A stretch of DNA of 64,000 nucleotides from Azolla caroliniana (taxonomy: Eukaryota > Plantae > Polypodiophyta), in assembly GCA_043228905.1 (NCBI GenBank), contig JBHGNT010000001.1:34906001-34970000 (forward strand), read 5' to 3'. The translations under genes were made by a program, and so were the position numbers. Shown here piece by piece: positions 52,531-64,000 of this stretch. Numbering within the stretch: the first letter of the stretch is position 1; each line of letters begins with the position of its first letter. The notes beneath the pieces were generated by a model. The model was not told the DNA's origin, did no database searches, and was given only the letters and a program-made list of their open reading frames with translations.

Positions 52531-52787
52531 TATGTATGTATGTATGTATGTATGCATGCATGCATGCATGTATGTATGTATGTATGTATGTATGTATGCA
52601 TGCATCTATGTATGTATGTATGTATGTATGCATGCATGCATGTATGTATGTATGCATGCATGCATGTATGTATGTATGTATGTATGTATGTATGTATGTA
52701 TGCATGCATGCATGCATGTATGTATGTATGTATGTATGGATGTATGTATGTATGTATGTATGTATGTATGTATGTATGTATGTATGT
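52531..52787. repeat. (TATG)n/(CATG)n microsatellite, ~250 bp
   Basis: Direct reading. Confidence 0.97.
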
Positions 52788-52916
52788 GTGAACACGGCTA
52801 GTTTGAGAGAGCCAATTGAGATGTGAAAGCAGGAGAGGCAAGCAACGTTACCACTTCTTGATGAATTAGAGTGAGAAATGGAGAGTTATATGCATACGTT
52901 ATACCACCACCACTAC

Positions 52917-52923
52917 TATAAAA
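52917..52923 (+). promoter_or_regulatory. TATA box of the secreted trypsin-fold gene
   Basis: TATAAAA about 110 bp upstream of the ATG at 53029. Confidence 0.55.
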
Positions 52924-53028
52924 GAAAGAGCAACTATTTTAGACTGCGGTCATCAACAACAAATCAATCCTTAGTAGTTACATAAAAACAAGACCCATAA
53001 TCACCCGGCATTGTGATCATTAAAGCCG

Positions 53029-54572
53029 ATGAATTCACATAATCATACTAAATCTTGCTGTAAGTCAATTATCTTATTGATGCCAGTTTTAGTAGCTTCC
53101 TTGATCATGCTGCTGGTTGTAGCTGATGCGACCATCATCACGCCTAGCTCCTCTTCTTCTGGCGGCAATGCTACAGTTAATCTTGGTGAGTTATGTCATT
53201 TCATTCATCCCAATCCTAATAATGCAGCTAGTCATGGGATTAAGCTAAAAGATGATTGGACCTGCTGATTAACAAGTTTTAAGCTAAAAGTTTGATGCTC
53301 TAATTCATAATGTGGTTGAGCCTAACGTGTTGATAATGCTAGTCATGGGTGGGATTAAGCTAAGAGATTGATTGGTGCTAATCATGTAATTAACAATCGT
53401 TGTGATCGATCTATCTAGATGGGGCGCATGCAGAGGAGAAGGCTGAGGTCAGTGGTGTTGTGAGGCGGTCTCTGCTACCAGGGGGCACATACATTGAAGA
53501 TGAGGAGATGGAGGTTTGGTCCCATGTCGTTCTTATCCGGACCCCCAATGATGGGGTAGGGACAGGTCTATTACTCAAGAAGAACTATGTCCTCACATCA
53601 CACAGTGTGGTTAAGACATATATAGACCCTTTTGAATTAACCATCCACCTAGGGCAACAAGTCTGCCATGCTTTCCAAGTGTTCATTCACCCTCATGAAG
53701 ACCTAGCTGTCCTCAAGATTCATCCACCCATGAAGAAAACCACTAGATTGCCTGCCCCTCACTCCCCAAAAGGCTTCTTCTGGCCCATCTCTCAACAAGA
53801 CCCAAAACCCAATTCCACCATTAAGCTTTATGGCTATGGCTCTGCCTCTGCCTCTGCCTCTGGTTCTGGTTCATCATCATCTGCAAGCCATCATCATCAT
53901 GGCATCCCTTCTTCTTTGACCCCTCGCAGCCATGCCTACTTGACATCGAAAGTAATCTCGGTTACCGATAAACCATATCACAATCTTCCCCATCACCACC
54001 ACCACCACCATCACATTAGGACCAAGTCCACCATATCAATTACCTCAGAAGATGTGGGCGGTCCGGGGTTCTTGAGCCACAGTAATGTCGTCGGGGGCAT
54101 CCTCATACCATCAAGGAAATCTCCTGGACAAGGTGAATTGATGTCTCTCGCACACACACGAGAATGGGTGTTTGATGCAATGAAGACGAGTTGCAATAGG
54201 GAGGAGCAAGTGTTCTCAAGAATGTCGATAGGGAAAGATCCAGATGTTCTGGTATACTACCATTGCATGGTTGATCGGGCAGAGGAGCTTCGCGTCTACA
54301 TACGTTCCAAACCATCATGTAATTCCAAGTGGAAGGCTGTCATCATAACCAATGCCTATGGCAAGGTTCTTGGTATGGTGAGTACCCATCCTAAGAGGGA
54401 GAAAGATAAACTAATCATGACTAGCCATAGTCTCAAATCAACTGAGATTTTCTATATTGAGTTGTGGAAGTCCAAGTTCCATGGCATTCATACCAAGATG
54501 GCTACATATGGTCCATTCCATGTTGAGGATTTTATCGATGGAGGGCTTCATTTCGAGTGGTGTGAAGGCTAA
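53029..54572 (+). CDS. Secreted chymotrypsin/trypsin-fold (S1-like) protein with degenerate catalytic triad, His-rich inserts and an extra C-terminal domain, ~436 aa
   Basis: Exon 1 53029-53185 (hydrophobic signal peptide) and exon 2 53419-54572 join in frame via GT-AG. S1-like motifs in order: LLPGG, GTGLLLKKNYVLTSHSV, IHLG, VFIHP, EDLAVLKI, LYGYG, SEDVGGP. Confidence 0.8.
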
Positions 54573-55637
54573 ATCCATGTTGTTTTGCCTCAAATTCTAA
54601 TAAACTAAATAGCTCTCTCTCAATGCATCTAGAATAAAACCCCATATTAACTGCATATTCATTTTTGTTTATCTTCTATGTAGTATTGGACCCGTTGAAA
54701 TATACATATACACAGTATATACAGAAGTCAATTGGTTTGTTGCATACACCCATTGCCTTCACATTTTGAACCCCTTATTTTTTATGCTAAGGGAGTGAGT
54801 TCACTCTCATGTTTTCTTAATGCTCTCCACCTCACCATTGATCACCATTGATCTATTGCAAAAGGAAAAGAGAAGAATGAATTCTCTTGTATTTTTTCAG
54901 TGCTCTCCATTTTGCCAATGATCCATGGCTAAAATGAGAACTCATCATATATTATACATAATATATAGATCAATTGTTTTGCATTTGGAATAGTAAATCA
55001 TCTTCTTCATCACATACGCTTGAAATTTGTTCACATAATCAATCAGAAACAGTCAAAATTTTAAAATACAACAGTTTCAGAAACAATAAAATCTTTGCAG
55101 AACAGATATAAATATGATATCCAGCATTACATTTTTGCACACAACGTCAAGAAGAAACCCACTTTGCTGTCACTTTAACATTTAAATAGATAGAGATATG
55201 ATTGATTTTATAGATGCTTAAACCAAGTAAAAAATTAGTATTACTGAAGTGTGAAAAATACAAAGGGCCCAAAGGGATGGCAAAATGAAGCACAAACAGA
55301 ATGCATTGCACCTTGTTTCCTGTTCCTCTACCAGGAAATCCTAACTGCCATTTTCCAGAAACAACAGTGAAGGAGAAATGCATTCTGTTTTGGCTGTCTC
55401 TTTTTTGAACAAATTTTCTTCTTTTTGTTTCATTCCATGGATTTTTTCTTTTCTTTTGTGAGTATTTCTTCCCTCTTTACTCACAACGGTTCAGATCCAA
55501 ACTTGGCATTCAAAGCTGTTATTAATGGCGATGGAAAAAACATGGACATTGCCCACCCACAAACTCTGGCCAAGTTTTTAGAGTTGAACACCAAAAATCC
55601 ATAACAATCTAGATCTAGCTTTCACTATATGTTTAAA

Positions 55638-58600
55638 TTATATCACATCTTGTCCATTCTCATCCTCTTCCACCACAAGGTCACTGCTACTTGAAAGGTT
55701 AAGATGGTTAAGCTCTCTCGTAACATAATCAGGGTCAAGGAACCTCGCGACGAAAGCCCATAACTTATGTACATCTTTGAAGTCAGACAGCAGGCCTAAT
55801 GAAGCAGTCAGCACTTCAACTCTAGACGGCACATTGTCAGGTTTAGTAGTTGCATCGATGGCATCAAGATCAACAAATCCAGCAACAGGAGTCTTGATAA
55901 GGTTACCCCGGAGATAGATGTTTCGAAGAAAACCAAGACCGAGGGATATATTGATGTCATCTGCCAACATCCTTATGAGATCCGGATTAAGCAACTTCCC
56001 ATTCTGATCAAATAGATTAAAAGCCACGGATGCACCTCTGTCATACCTCACTTGTGGACCATAGATCCTTACTAGAGAAAGATCCTTGCCTGGATGTTTG
56101 AGCCTTAGCAAAGAGCTGATTAGCCAATTGATAAGGAATCTTAGTCTGAAACTAGTCTTGTTTAGCCCCATCATATCAGCATGATCAAGACACCGACAAA
56201 TTAACTCAGGTTCTTGTATCCTGTTTTTTTCTTCATCATCAACTTGCTCTTCACCTTCACCCGTCCTTGAGCTTCTTCCAAAGGATAAATCTTCATGGGT
56301 TCCCGGGAAGATCGATCTCGAATGCGACGATTCATTACTGGGACACCCTGTAGATAATATCTTGGAAAGCGAGAAACGGTCACTATCCCGACGACCCAAG
56401 AGTCGGAACCCACCCTCTGTTTCCCTGCAAATGGCACTATCCTTTTGGCTAGACAAAATCCGTGCTCTATCTTTAGAAGAAGAATTGGATTCAAACTTTG
56501 ACAATTTAGCACCATCACTGACCATTGAATCTTGTTGTGAATATAGCATAGATTGGTCTATCTCCATCTCGATTTCCTCAATGGTTTCCAAATCTCGTAG
56601 GCCTAATTTCTCCTCGTCTTGGTCTTGTAGTTGCAAAGACCACTCATCGTTCCCTAATGCAAGTTGCTCTTCTTTATATTTCTTCAGCACAAGCATTAGC
56701 CTCTCTCTAACTTTCTCCTCTTTGCTGCCCAATTCAAACCTAATTGACTGGAGCTTTGAAACATCAGTCAAAGTAAGCTTATCAGGATGTGGTTCTATTA
56801 AGTGCTTTAATAAATTGAGATCTTTATCTTTTCTCCCATCTTCTTGTTCCTCTTCTTCAATGTTATCTCCACTATTTCCCACCCTTCCAGTGTGCAAATG
56901 CAACAAACCTGAGCATAGATCCTTGATTCGGATTCGAGCATCTTTTCTTCCTTGAATGATGTGACTGTTCAATGAAGCAATTTGCCCTTTCGGTTCTTGT
57001 TGGAGAGGGCCACTTAGAGGTTCTTCAGCAAAGCCAGCAGGGCTCGATGAAGTGCCATGAAAGAATGGGTTATCATTGCCATCTTCGCTAAAAATAGGAC
57101 TTCTTCCTATACCATCTACCGACACAACATCAGGATCTTCACAAGCAGAACTATAGTTATCCTCGCATAGTGCTGGGTTTTCAATGCATCTTGGCATATG
57201 ATGAAATGAAGGTCCATCATTATCTTCGAATGAAGGCACTGGACCAGAAAATGCACTTACCATCATTTTAGGTACATCTAGAGCTTCACTATCTCCCGAT
57301 GTTGAAGAAGTGACAAATCCTTGATGAGGTGGAAGAGGCGTGATTCGAACCATCCCTGAGACTTGAGCTCCAGAGGGGTCTTGGATGCTCTGAGCAACTG
57401 AATTTTTTATGAGAAGACATCCGAACCCTGATGGGTCCCCGCCAAATAGCTTATAGAAAGAAGCTGTAATGAAATCGGGGCGAAATAGAGAGAGGCCAAG
57501 TGAATCCATGTCTTTTGGACCCAATGCCGACGCATCAAGCATCACATGCCATTGATTCTGTTGCGCAAGAGACATCCATTGGTACGAATATTTCGAACCT
57601 GACACTCGAGATTGTACTGGGAATACAAACAACCCTTTCTTTTCTTTGCTTTGGTCTTGTTTGAGGTGGTGAGACGAAACTTTCTCTAACCAAGATCCTA
57701 TACCAAGAAGAGATGAGGTCTGTGGGTTACTATGCTTCCTCTTTCCAGAGCCAATGAGAAGCTCTCTTTTAAGCTCCGATGAGCAAACCCTTAGCGAGGG
57801 CCATCGGAACCTTGCTCGGAAAACACGAGACCCTCTCTCTGCAGCTCTATGTTCCATCCAGCCTACCGATTCGCTCTCATAGTCATACATAGTCACAAGC
57901 CTCGTTCGCTCATTCCAAGGGTAAGCATCAGAGAGAAGCTTGAAGGAAGATCCACGGCTTGCAGTGAAGACCAAAGAATACTCAGACTCGGGGATATTAA
58001 GAAATTCCATGATCCGTGTTCGAATGCTCCACTCCATGGTTCCTTCATGTGCAGAGCCAAACAAAGCGTGGGACCATAGATTTGCGGGGACCTCGGAAAG
58101 GCTGAAATTGGAAGTGGTGCCTTCTTCTTCTTCGATCATTCCCTCTCTTTGAGCATGAGAAAAGAGGCCAAACCCGCAATAATCAAGACAGACAAGCTCG
58201 TTTCCTTGTCCCTGTCGTTGGTCTTGTCCTGGTCCAAGTTCTTCTTCTCCTCCTCCTTCTTCACCTTCTTCTTCTTCTTCTTCTTCTTCTTCATTTTCGA
58301 GATGGTAATATTCTCTTGCACGGAGCTCGTCTAATGCTCGGGTTTCCACAAATCGAGGGTATGCAGACAGAAAGTGAGAGAACGCAGTCTCCAGTGATGG
58401 TAGAGCAAGAGGTGATGAGATCTTACCTCCTTCGCTGCCTCGCGCAGTGGATCGGAGAAACTCTCGGTGTGCCTGAGAGCTCGATCTACGGATTGAGAAG
58501 CCTTCTTTCCCTGAGGTTCTCTTCGGAATTTCGGAGATTCCTTTGGAGCCCTCGGGGATTCTCCTCCTCATGTCTTTATCAGAGGTTCTCATCGGACTTG

Positions 58601-58781
58601 CTTCAGAGATCCTGTCCTGCTCTTTGGGGATTCCGGCGGGGCTTGCTACAGAGATCCTCTTTGGCTCCACTACAAGCTCGAGGGCAGCATCCGTCTGCTT
58701 TCTCTGCGTTTCCTTCTTCTTCTTCTTCTTGCCTTTGTGTAGAAGAAGGGCGGAGCATAAGGCTATAGGCTTGCAAGGCAT
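55638..58781 (-). CDS. Molybdenum-cofactor-sulfurase-like PLP-dependent transferase superfamily protein (no MOSC domain), 1047 aa
   Basis: Intronless ORF. Motifs VCLDYCGFGLFS, FVFPVQSRVSGSKYSYQWM, LDASALGPKDMDSLGLSLFRPDFITASFYKLFGGDP (PLP Lys retained), RLRFLINWL and IYGPQVRYDRGASVAFN match the plant MOCOS-like family. Confidence 0.93.
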   Translation of the reverse strand: MPCKPIALCSALLLHKGKKKKKKETQRKQTDAALELVVEPKRISVASPAGIPKEQDRISEASPMRTSDKDMRRRIPEGSKGISEIPKRTSGKEGFSIRRSSSQAHREFLRSTARGSEGGKISSPLALPSLETAFSHFLSAYPRFVETRALDELRAREYYHLENEEEEEEEEEGEEGGGEEELGPGQDQRQGQGNELVCLDYCGFGLFSHAQREGMIEEEEGTTSNFSLSEVPANLWSHALFGSAHEGTMEWSIRTRIMEFLNIPESEYSLVFTASRGSSFKLLSDAYPWNERTRLVTMYDYESESVGWMEHRAAERGSRVFRARFRWPSLRVCSSELKRELLIGSGKRKHSNPQTSSLLGIGSWLEKVSSHHLKQDQSKEKKGLFVFPVQSRVSGSKYSYQWMSLAQQNQWHVMLDASALGPKDMDSLGLSLFRPDFITASFYKLFGGDPSGFGCLLIKNSVAQSIQDPSGAQVSGMVRITPLPPHQGFVTSSTSGDSEALDVPKMMVSAFSGPVPSFEDNDGPSFHHMPRCIENPALCEDNYSSACEDPDVVSVDGIGRSPIFSEDGNDNPFFHGTSSSPAGFAEEPLSGPLQQEPKGQIASLNSHIIQGRKDARIRIKDLCSGLLHLHTGRVGNSGDNIEEEEQEDGRKDKDLNLLKHLIEPHPDKLTLTDVSKLQSIRFELGSKEEKVRERLMLVLKKYKEEQLALGNDEWSLQLQDQDEEKLGLRDLETIEEIEMEIDQSMLYSQQDSMVSDGAKLSKFESNSSSKDRARILSSQKDSAICRETEGGFRLLGRRDSDRFSLSKILSTGCPSNESSHSRSIFPGTHEDLSFGRSSRTGEGEEQVDDEEKNRIQEPELICRCLDHADMMGLNKTSFRLRFLINWLISSLLRLKHPGKDLSLVRIYGPQVRYDRGASVAFNLFDQNGKLLNPDLIRMLADDINISLGLGFLRNIYLRGNLIKTPVAGFVDLDAIDATTKPDNVPSRVEVLTASLGLLSDFKDVHKLWAFVARFLDPDYVTRELNHLNLSSSSDLVVEEDENGQDVI

Positions 58782-59121
58782 GAAGGAGAGAAACAGGGGA
58801 TGGGGATCTAATAGAAGTGCTGTGTTCGATGGTTATACAGGCCTCTTCTGTGTCTAGCGATGATGATAAGGTTCTACGAGCAAGTGCAGAGTGCATTTGC
58901 AACTCTACAGATCTAGCGACGCCGAAGAAGAAGAAGAAGAAGAAGGAGGAGGAGGAGCTAGAGGTAGAAGACCCAGGAAGCCATAGCCATAGCCATCGCC
59001 ATAGCAACAACAGAACAGAACAGAGAGAAACAGAGTAACTTGATTCAGCTCATTTGGGCTACTCTCACTGTGCATAATCTCAATCAGAGTTAAAAGAGTT
59101 TAGAGTTACAAGAGAGAATCC

Positions 59122-59152
<31 letters not shown>

Positions 59153-59254
59153 CACAGGGGTCGTAGAAGAAGAAGAAAGGAAGCTTTTTGTGCGCCTCCC
59201 ACTCTCTCTCTCTAGCTTCTCTCTCTAAACGGAGCTCCCCTCTCTATCTAGACA

Positions 59255-59560
59255 CGGACTCTCTCTCTCTCTCTCTGGATTATCTCTCTACACACACACT
59301 CTCTCTCTCTCTCTCTGGATTCTCTCTCTACACACACTCCCTCTCTCTCTCTGGATTATCTCTCTACACACACACTGTCTCTCTCTCTCTGGATTCTCTC
59401 TCTACACACACACTCTCTCTCTCTGGATTCCCTCTCTACACACACTCTCTCTCTCTCTCTGGATTATCTCTCTACACACACACTCTCTCTCTCTCTCTGG
59501 ATTCTCTCTCTACACACACTCTCTCTCACTCTGGATTCCCTCTCTACACACACTCTCTCT
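59255..59560. repeat. Tandem ~36-40 bp CT/CA-rich minisatellite (~8 copies)
   Basis: (CT)n-GGATT(A/C)-TCTCTACACACACA unit repeated. Confidence 0.9.
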
Positions 59561-59913
59561 CTTTTGCTCGCTCACACATACACACACACACATTGTGTCT
59601 ATCTCTCTCTACTGCCTGTGGGCTATGGAGGAGTTTAATGGGTCCAGCTCAGAAGAGAGAGAGAGAGAGAGAGAGAGAAGGGCGGGGGGGGGGGCACCTA
59701 CCCCATTTACTGTTTGTTATTTCAATTTCATTTTCTGATTTTTCTAAATTCCATTTAGTGTTTTGTTTCCATTCGGCAGATACACATGTATTATGTATAT
59801 ATATATCTGCAAGCAGGCAGCAGCTCTCATGTCCCTGTGTCTCAAACCCTAGCAAGAAAAGAATGCTAACCCCCCCCCATCTTCTCTTTCTACAGAGATA
59901 GGGAGACAGAGTC

Positions 59914-60100
59914 AGGTCAATGGTTTAGGATTTAGGGTTTATACATATATATTTGGTCAATGGTTTAGGATTTAGGGTTTATTATGCATACATACATACT
60001 TTCATACGAGGTCAATGGTTAGGAGTTAAGGTTTAGAGTTTATTATTCATACATACATACATATATTTGAAGTCAATGGTTTAGGATTTAGGGTTTAGGA
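59914..60100. repeat. Four copies of a telomere-like unit GGTCAATGGTTTAGGATTTAGGGTTT with CATA-rich spacers
   Basis: Copies at ~59915, 59955, 60010 and 60072. Confidence 0.85.
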
Positions 60101-63100
60101 CTCACCTGGCTAGCGTGTGGTGTCACTTCCTTCCTTTGATTGATCGCTTCCCACACAATTTGCTTCCTTGAATTTGTACTCCACCCGCCCACCTTGCTTT
60201 AACAATTTACCTCATATGTCCGGGTTAACTAGGCTTGGCCAGTGGTGCATTGGTGAACCCGGTAACAGGCACACACACACTCTTGAGAAAGCAACGGATT
60301 TCATGTTTAAGGCAGCTTTTCCATGGGTTGGTGAACGGCATTCCTTTTCAACCCCCATTTTGTTGGAGTCTTGGGTTTGTCATGGAATGGCAGTGTTAAG
60401 GTACGACAAGGTTTGTGAAAAGTGTATCGGCGTGTGCTCTTTTTTAGATTACACGGCATAATTCATAGGACAGAATGGATTTGAGACACTGAAACTACAA
60501 ACATAAGGTTAAAAACAAACAACTGCTTTCATGCTATTGAAGAATTTTAAACTTCAAGCATGCATATTTGAGGTTTAATCGATTTAACAAGGCAATGCCC
60601 TCACATCGCAGTCGGTATTTTATATTTAATTTCCATTGTTACCTTCTTCTTTTTCCTATCATTATTCCTAATTTACTTGTAGTCACTCCTAAATTTAAGT
60701 TTGCTTGCAAGTTTCCAAAGCTGTTTTTTATTTTTCTTGTTTCTTCCCAAACAAAAAAAGAACAAGCATATTTCTTAGTTTGTCCACCTTTTTCCTCATT
60801 ATGAGTTTCCACAACTTTGTCTTGTGAGAAACGACGAAAACATAATATTACACATACATACATACAACTTGAATTGTTCATCTTTCAAATTTAATAGGTT
60901 TGTTGACGATATAACAACTTTCACATTTCATGCATATTGGATTTATATGATGCAAATGGACCCACAATAGAGGCCCTCGTTCTTAAAGGTATGTGTGTGT
61001 ATGCACGCCCCTACGAGTAACCTGATTATTAGTCTATAGCAAGACTTAGATTTCATGAAAGTGGGCAATAAATAACAAAGTTAGTTATCTGAAATCCTTA
61101 GATGGCTAGATGATCATATACAAACCAAGGTTGAAAGTTTGATTTGTTTGATCAAATTGGTCGAGGTTATCATATATCCTTTGAAGCAATCAATAACGAT
61201 TGATGTATGTAAGTGCTTGCATGAGTGGAACTAAAGTTCAGCCACATGCATTGCCTCGTGTTGAGGTTGCGTGGTGACATGCACGTGGCCACGTCCGTTT
61301 GTGTGTGCACATGCACACTCTCTATAATAATCTTATTCATAAATAGAGATAACATGGCGATCAAGTAAGTCAATGACTATTGAGAGAGTGCATATTTGGG
61401 CCCATTCTAATTGAGTTTCTCGACTTTGAAAAGAATCCTACAAATGGAGGGTTACAAAGGGGTGTGGGGTTTAAATGTTGAACGGGATTTCGAGCCTTTC
61501 TCATTTGCAATGCTCGACAATAAATGTTCTGAGAATGGATTAGAATTTATTCCAACATCGTTTATGTGCCTCAAAACTCTTTATCCAATGCACCTATTAG
61601 ATTTGTAGTTGCTATTTATAATAGGAGGCCATTCATTACTAAAGAAGCTTTTGGTGGGATTTGATCGCTTCCTTTCATTATATTAATTATGATGTGTCTA
61701 GATGGTCACCTACTACACTTCCTAGATCATAATGAATAAAAGTGAAGTGACCAACCGGGGTAATTCCATGTTTCTTTACAGGTGTGTCAACATCATCCAT
61801 TGAAATGTGTTCTCATTGTGAGTGCTATGATCTTGGCTCCCTTGAATGTTCAAAAAAGTTAGTTAACATTAAAAGGATTCCACTCACCGATGAATAATCT
61901 TTCACTACACAACCAATATTGAATATTGTAATTGACTTATATATATTGTCGTATTCAGTTCATATCAAGCAAGTAGGTATGTTGAGTTTCTTTTTGTAAT
62001 CAATATCTCTCCATCTTAAGAGTCAATTTAGGGAACGTAGACTTAACGCTAAATACTATCTTAGTCTCTTTATTGTTTTAAATTTCCTTTTGCTTGGAAA
62101 AAATGTCTCTTGTTTGCGTTAGCCTTGCATTTGTGTTTCCTCTTGATATTCACGCAATGCCATCATTTATAGAAGACAAAATTAATAATTCAACCAACTG
62201 GGTCTTCATGTTTTATTTTAAAAAACCATTAGTTTGCACTTTTGTTTTAGGTGCATGTTCTAATTTGGTGCTGTTTCAACAAAAAAGCCCTACCATCTAA
62301 TTGTAAATATAAAAGATTTCTTATGTGTGTGTGTGTGTGTGTGTGCAATTGAAAATCCTTTATTAACAATAGTTCAAAGAGTACATTTTTGTGCTTGATT
62401 AATGAACTATTTGTTTTTTGTCAATGTTCCATCCATGTTGTTTGCAAAAAGCAAACTTCCACACTTGTGTAATTGAGAATACTCCCTCACTTTCATTGGA
62501 AATTAATTTATTGTTATTTTAGTTGTTCTGCACAATGTTCAAACATCAATTTTTTGAAGAGAGGTAATTGCTAGTGTACTTTTCAAGAACAATTGGGAAT
62601 ATTTAAGTTGTATGTAAACATTTACGAATCCTTCCTATATTTGTATAATTAAGTGGCTTGTTGTGACCAATGTCCCATTGTGTACATCATATGTTGCAAA
62701 CACGAACATTCACATAGATGATCGGTCTGGTAAGGATGTAATAGAACACTCTGGCGCATTTCTCCTTAATAGTCAAGATAAGTATTCCTTGTGGTGAAGT
62801 TATTAAACTTAAGTAGCATGTTTGTGATGTTGACAATAGCACTCAAGTGTTCTCACCTAATCCCCACAATTTTTGCATACATTTGAGGAGTTCTTGCTAG
62901 AGAATTGAACACTTTGGTGAACCATCCATTCATGATGGGCTATTTTGAGGAGTGAGCTCCAAACAAGTGCTTCATGTAGGTACCAATGGGCAGTCGTGTT
63001 CATCAAAGTTTGGAGTAGGGTAAGAGAGTTGTCTTTGAGAAAGAACTTGCAATTGAATCTTCCTCAATCCCATATAACTTAAATCATTTGAAATGTTATT

Positions 63101-63335
63101 AAGGACACTTAGATTCCGAAAGGTTGTTGACCATTCTTTGTGCAAAGGAGGAATCTCCCCCCAAAATAGGACATTATGTTAATCCTCCTCATTTGTGGTA
63201 ACTCAATCGTGAGTAAATATTAGGCTATTGATCAGGTAAACAAGTTTTGAAGGGGAGGGAGTTTTGAAGGGGAGGGACACCCCTTTCGACAATGTGTTTT
63301 TTTCAAAGAATATGTATATATATATATATGTATAT

Positions 63336-63371
<36 letters not shown>

Positions 63372-64000
63372 GATATGTGTTCCATGAGTAATGAAACAAT
63401 CAATAGTAGTCAACTCAAGATAAGGATCATGATGCATATTACCTCATTTTTTATTTGTACATGAATAAGACTTGCATATACATACTATACCCATTGCTGA
63501 CTATCTATCCCAGTATGTGCATTTCTCCGCATTTAAATACAACCAATTGATTCTCGAACAAACAACCAATGCATTATTTCTTAAATAATTTGTCTTCCAT
63601 CGATTTCCTCTAATCCATGTGTTAGATATTCATGATTGTGATATTATATTTCTATAAGTAAGATGGCATCATGAAAGAAAACCATGATATCACCATATTT
63701 CTATAGAGAACGCACATTCATTGTAGGGTGTCATCAAGATATTGTAAACTTCATGGTATTGACATAAGACACTTTGACTTGATTTTTATATATAGCATCT
63801 ATTCTATCCATGGTGTGAATTCCATTAGGGCAAATGTCATGGGGTTTTCAAATAGGATGAAAATTTAATGTGTTTACTTCACTGTGATGCATATAATATT
63901 GTGCATCTATTTTTATACATAACATTTAAATAAGATAATGGTCCATCACACTCCCAAAAGTGCAATACAAGTGTTGGCATCCAAGTAAAAAAAATGTTAT

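Noticed and set aside
55638-58781. Calling the PLP protein ABA3/MOCOS
   Set aside because: No C-terminal MOSC domain and no introns; it fits the separate MOCOS-like plant family.
59188-59901. 237-aa SLSL-rich ORF
   Set aside because: Product of the CT minisatellite, with a TTG start and no protein-like features.
62640-63200. Retrotransposon gag zinc-knuckle remnant on the minus strand (…MGHWSQQ…)
   Set aside because: Too degenerate to support without an HMM search; the same applies to TE-like stretches at 0.5-1.7, 15.5-18 and 22.9-24.9 kb.

Overview
AT-rich eukaryotic nuclear DNA from a land plant, probably a fern with a compact genome. That assignment is inferred from the PLS-class PPR genes, a DYW:KP-type editing domain and the short introns. 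Eight protein-coding genes can be reconstructed: an E-class PLS-PPR (+), a ~1094-aa N-myristoylated low-complexity protein of unknown function (-), proteasome lid subunit RPN3 (+), a YTH-domain m6A reader (-), COP9 signalosome subunit CSN4 (+, two GC-AG introns), a PLS-PPR with a KPAxS/DYW:KP-type deaminase (-, candidate U-to-C RNA editor), a secreted chymotrypsin-fold protein with a degenerate catalytic triad (+, possible horizontal acquisition), and an intronless MoCo-sulfurase-like PLP-dependent protein (-). Also present: a PPR pseudogene fragment, a decayed Ty3/Gypsy element, a TATA-driven probable non-coding transcription unit at ~6.1-8 kb, an intronic minisatellite with higher-order structure, telomere-like tracts, and (TATG)n arrays that lie upstream of five genes, always with TATG on the sense strand. 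Exon structures were worked out by eye from GT/GC-AG sites and frame continuity; no database searches were run.
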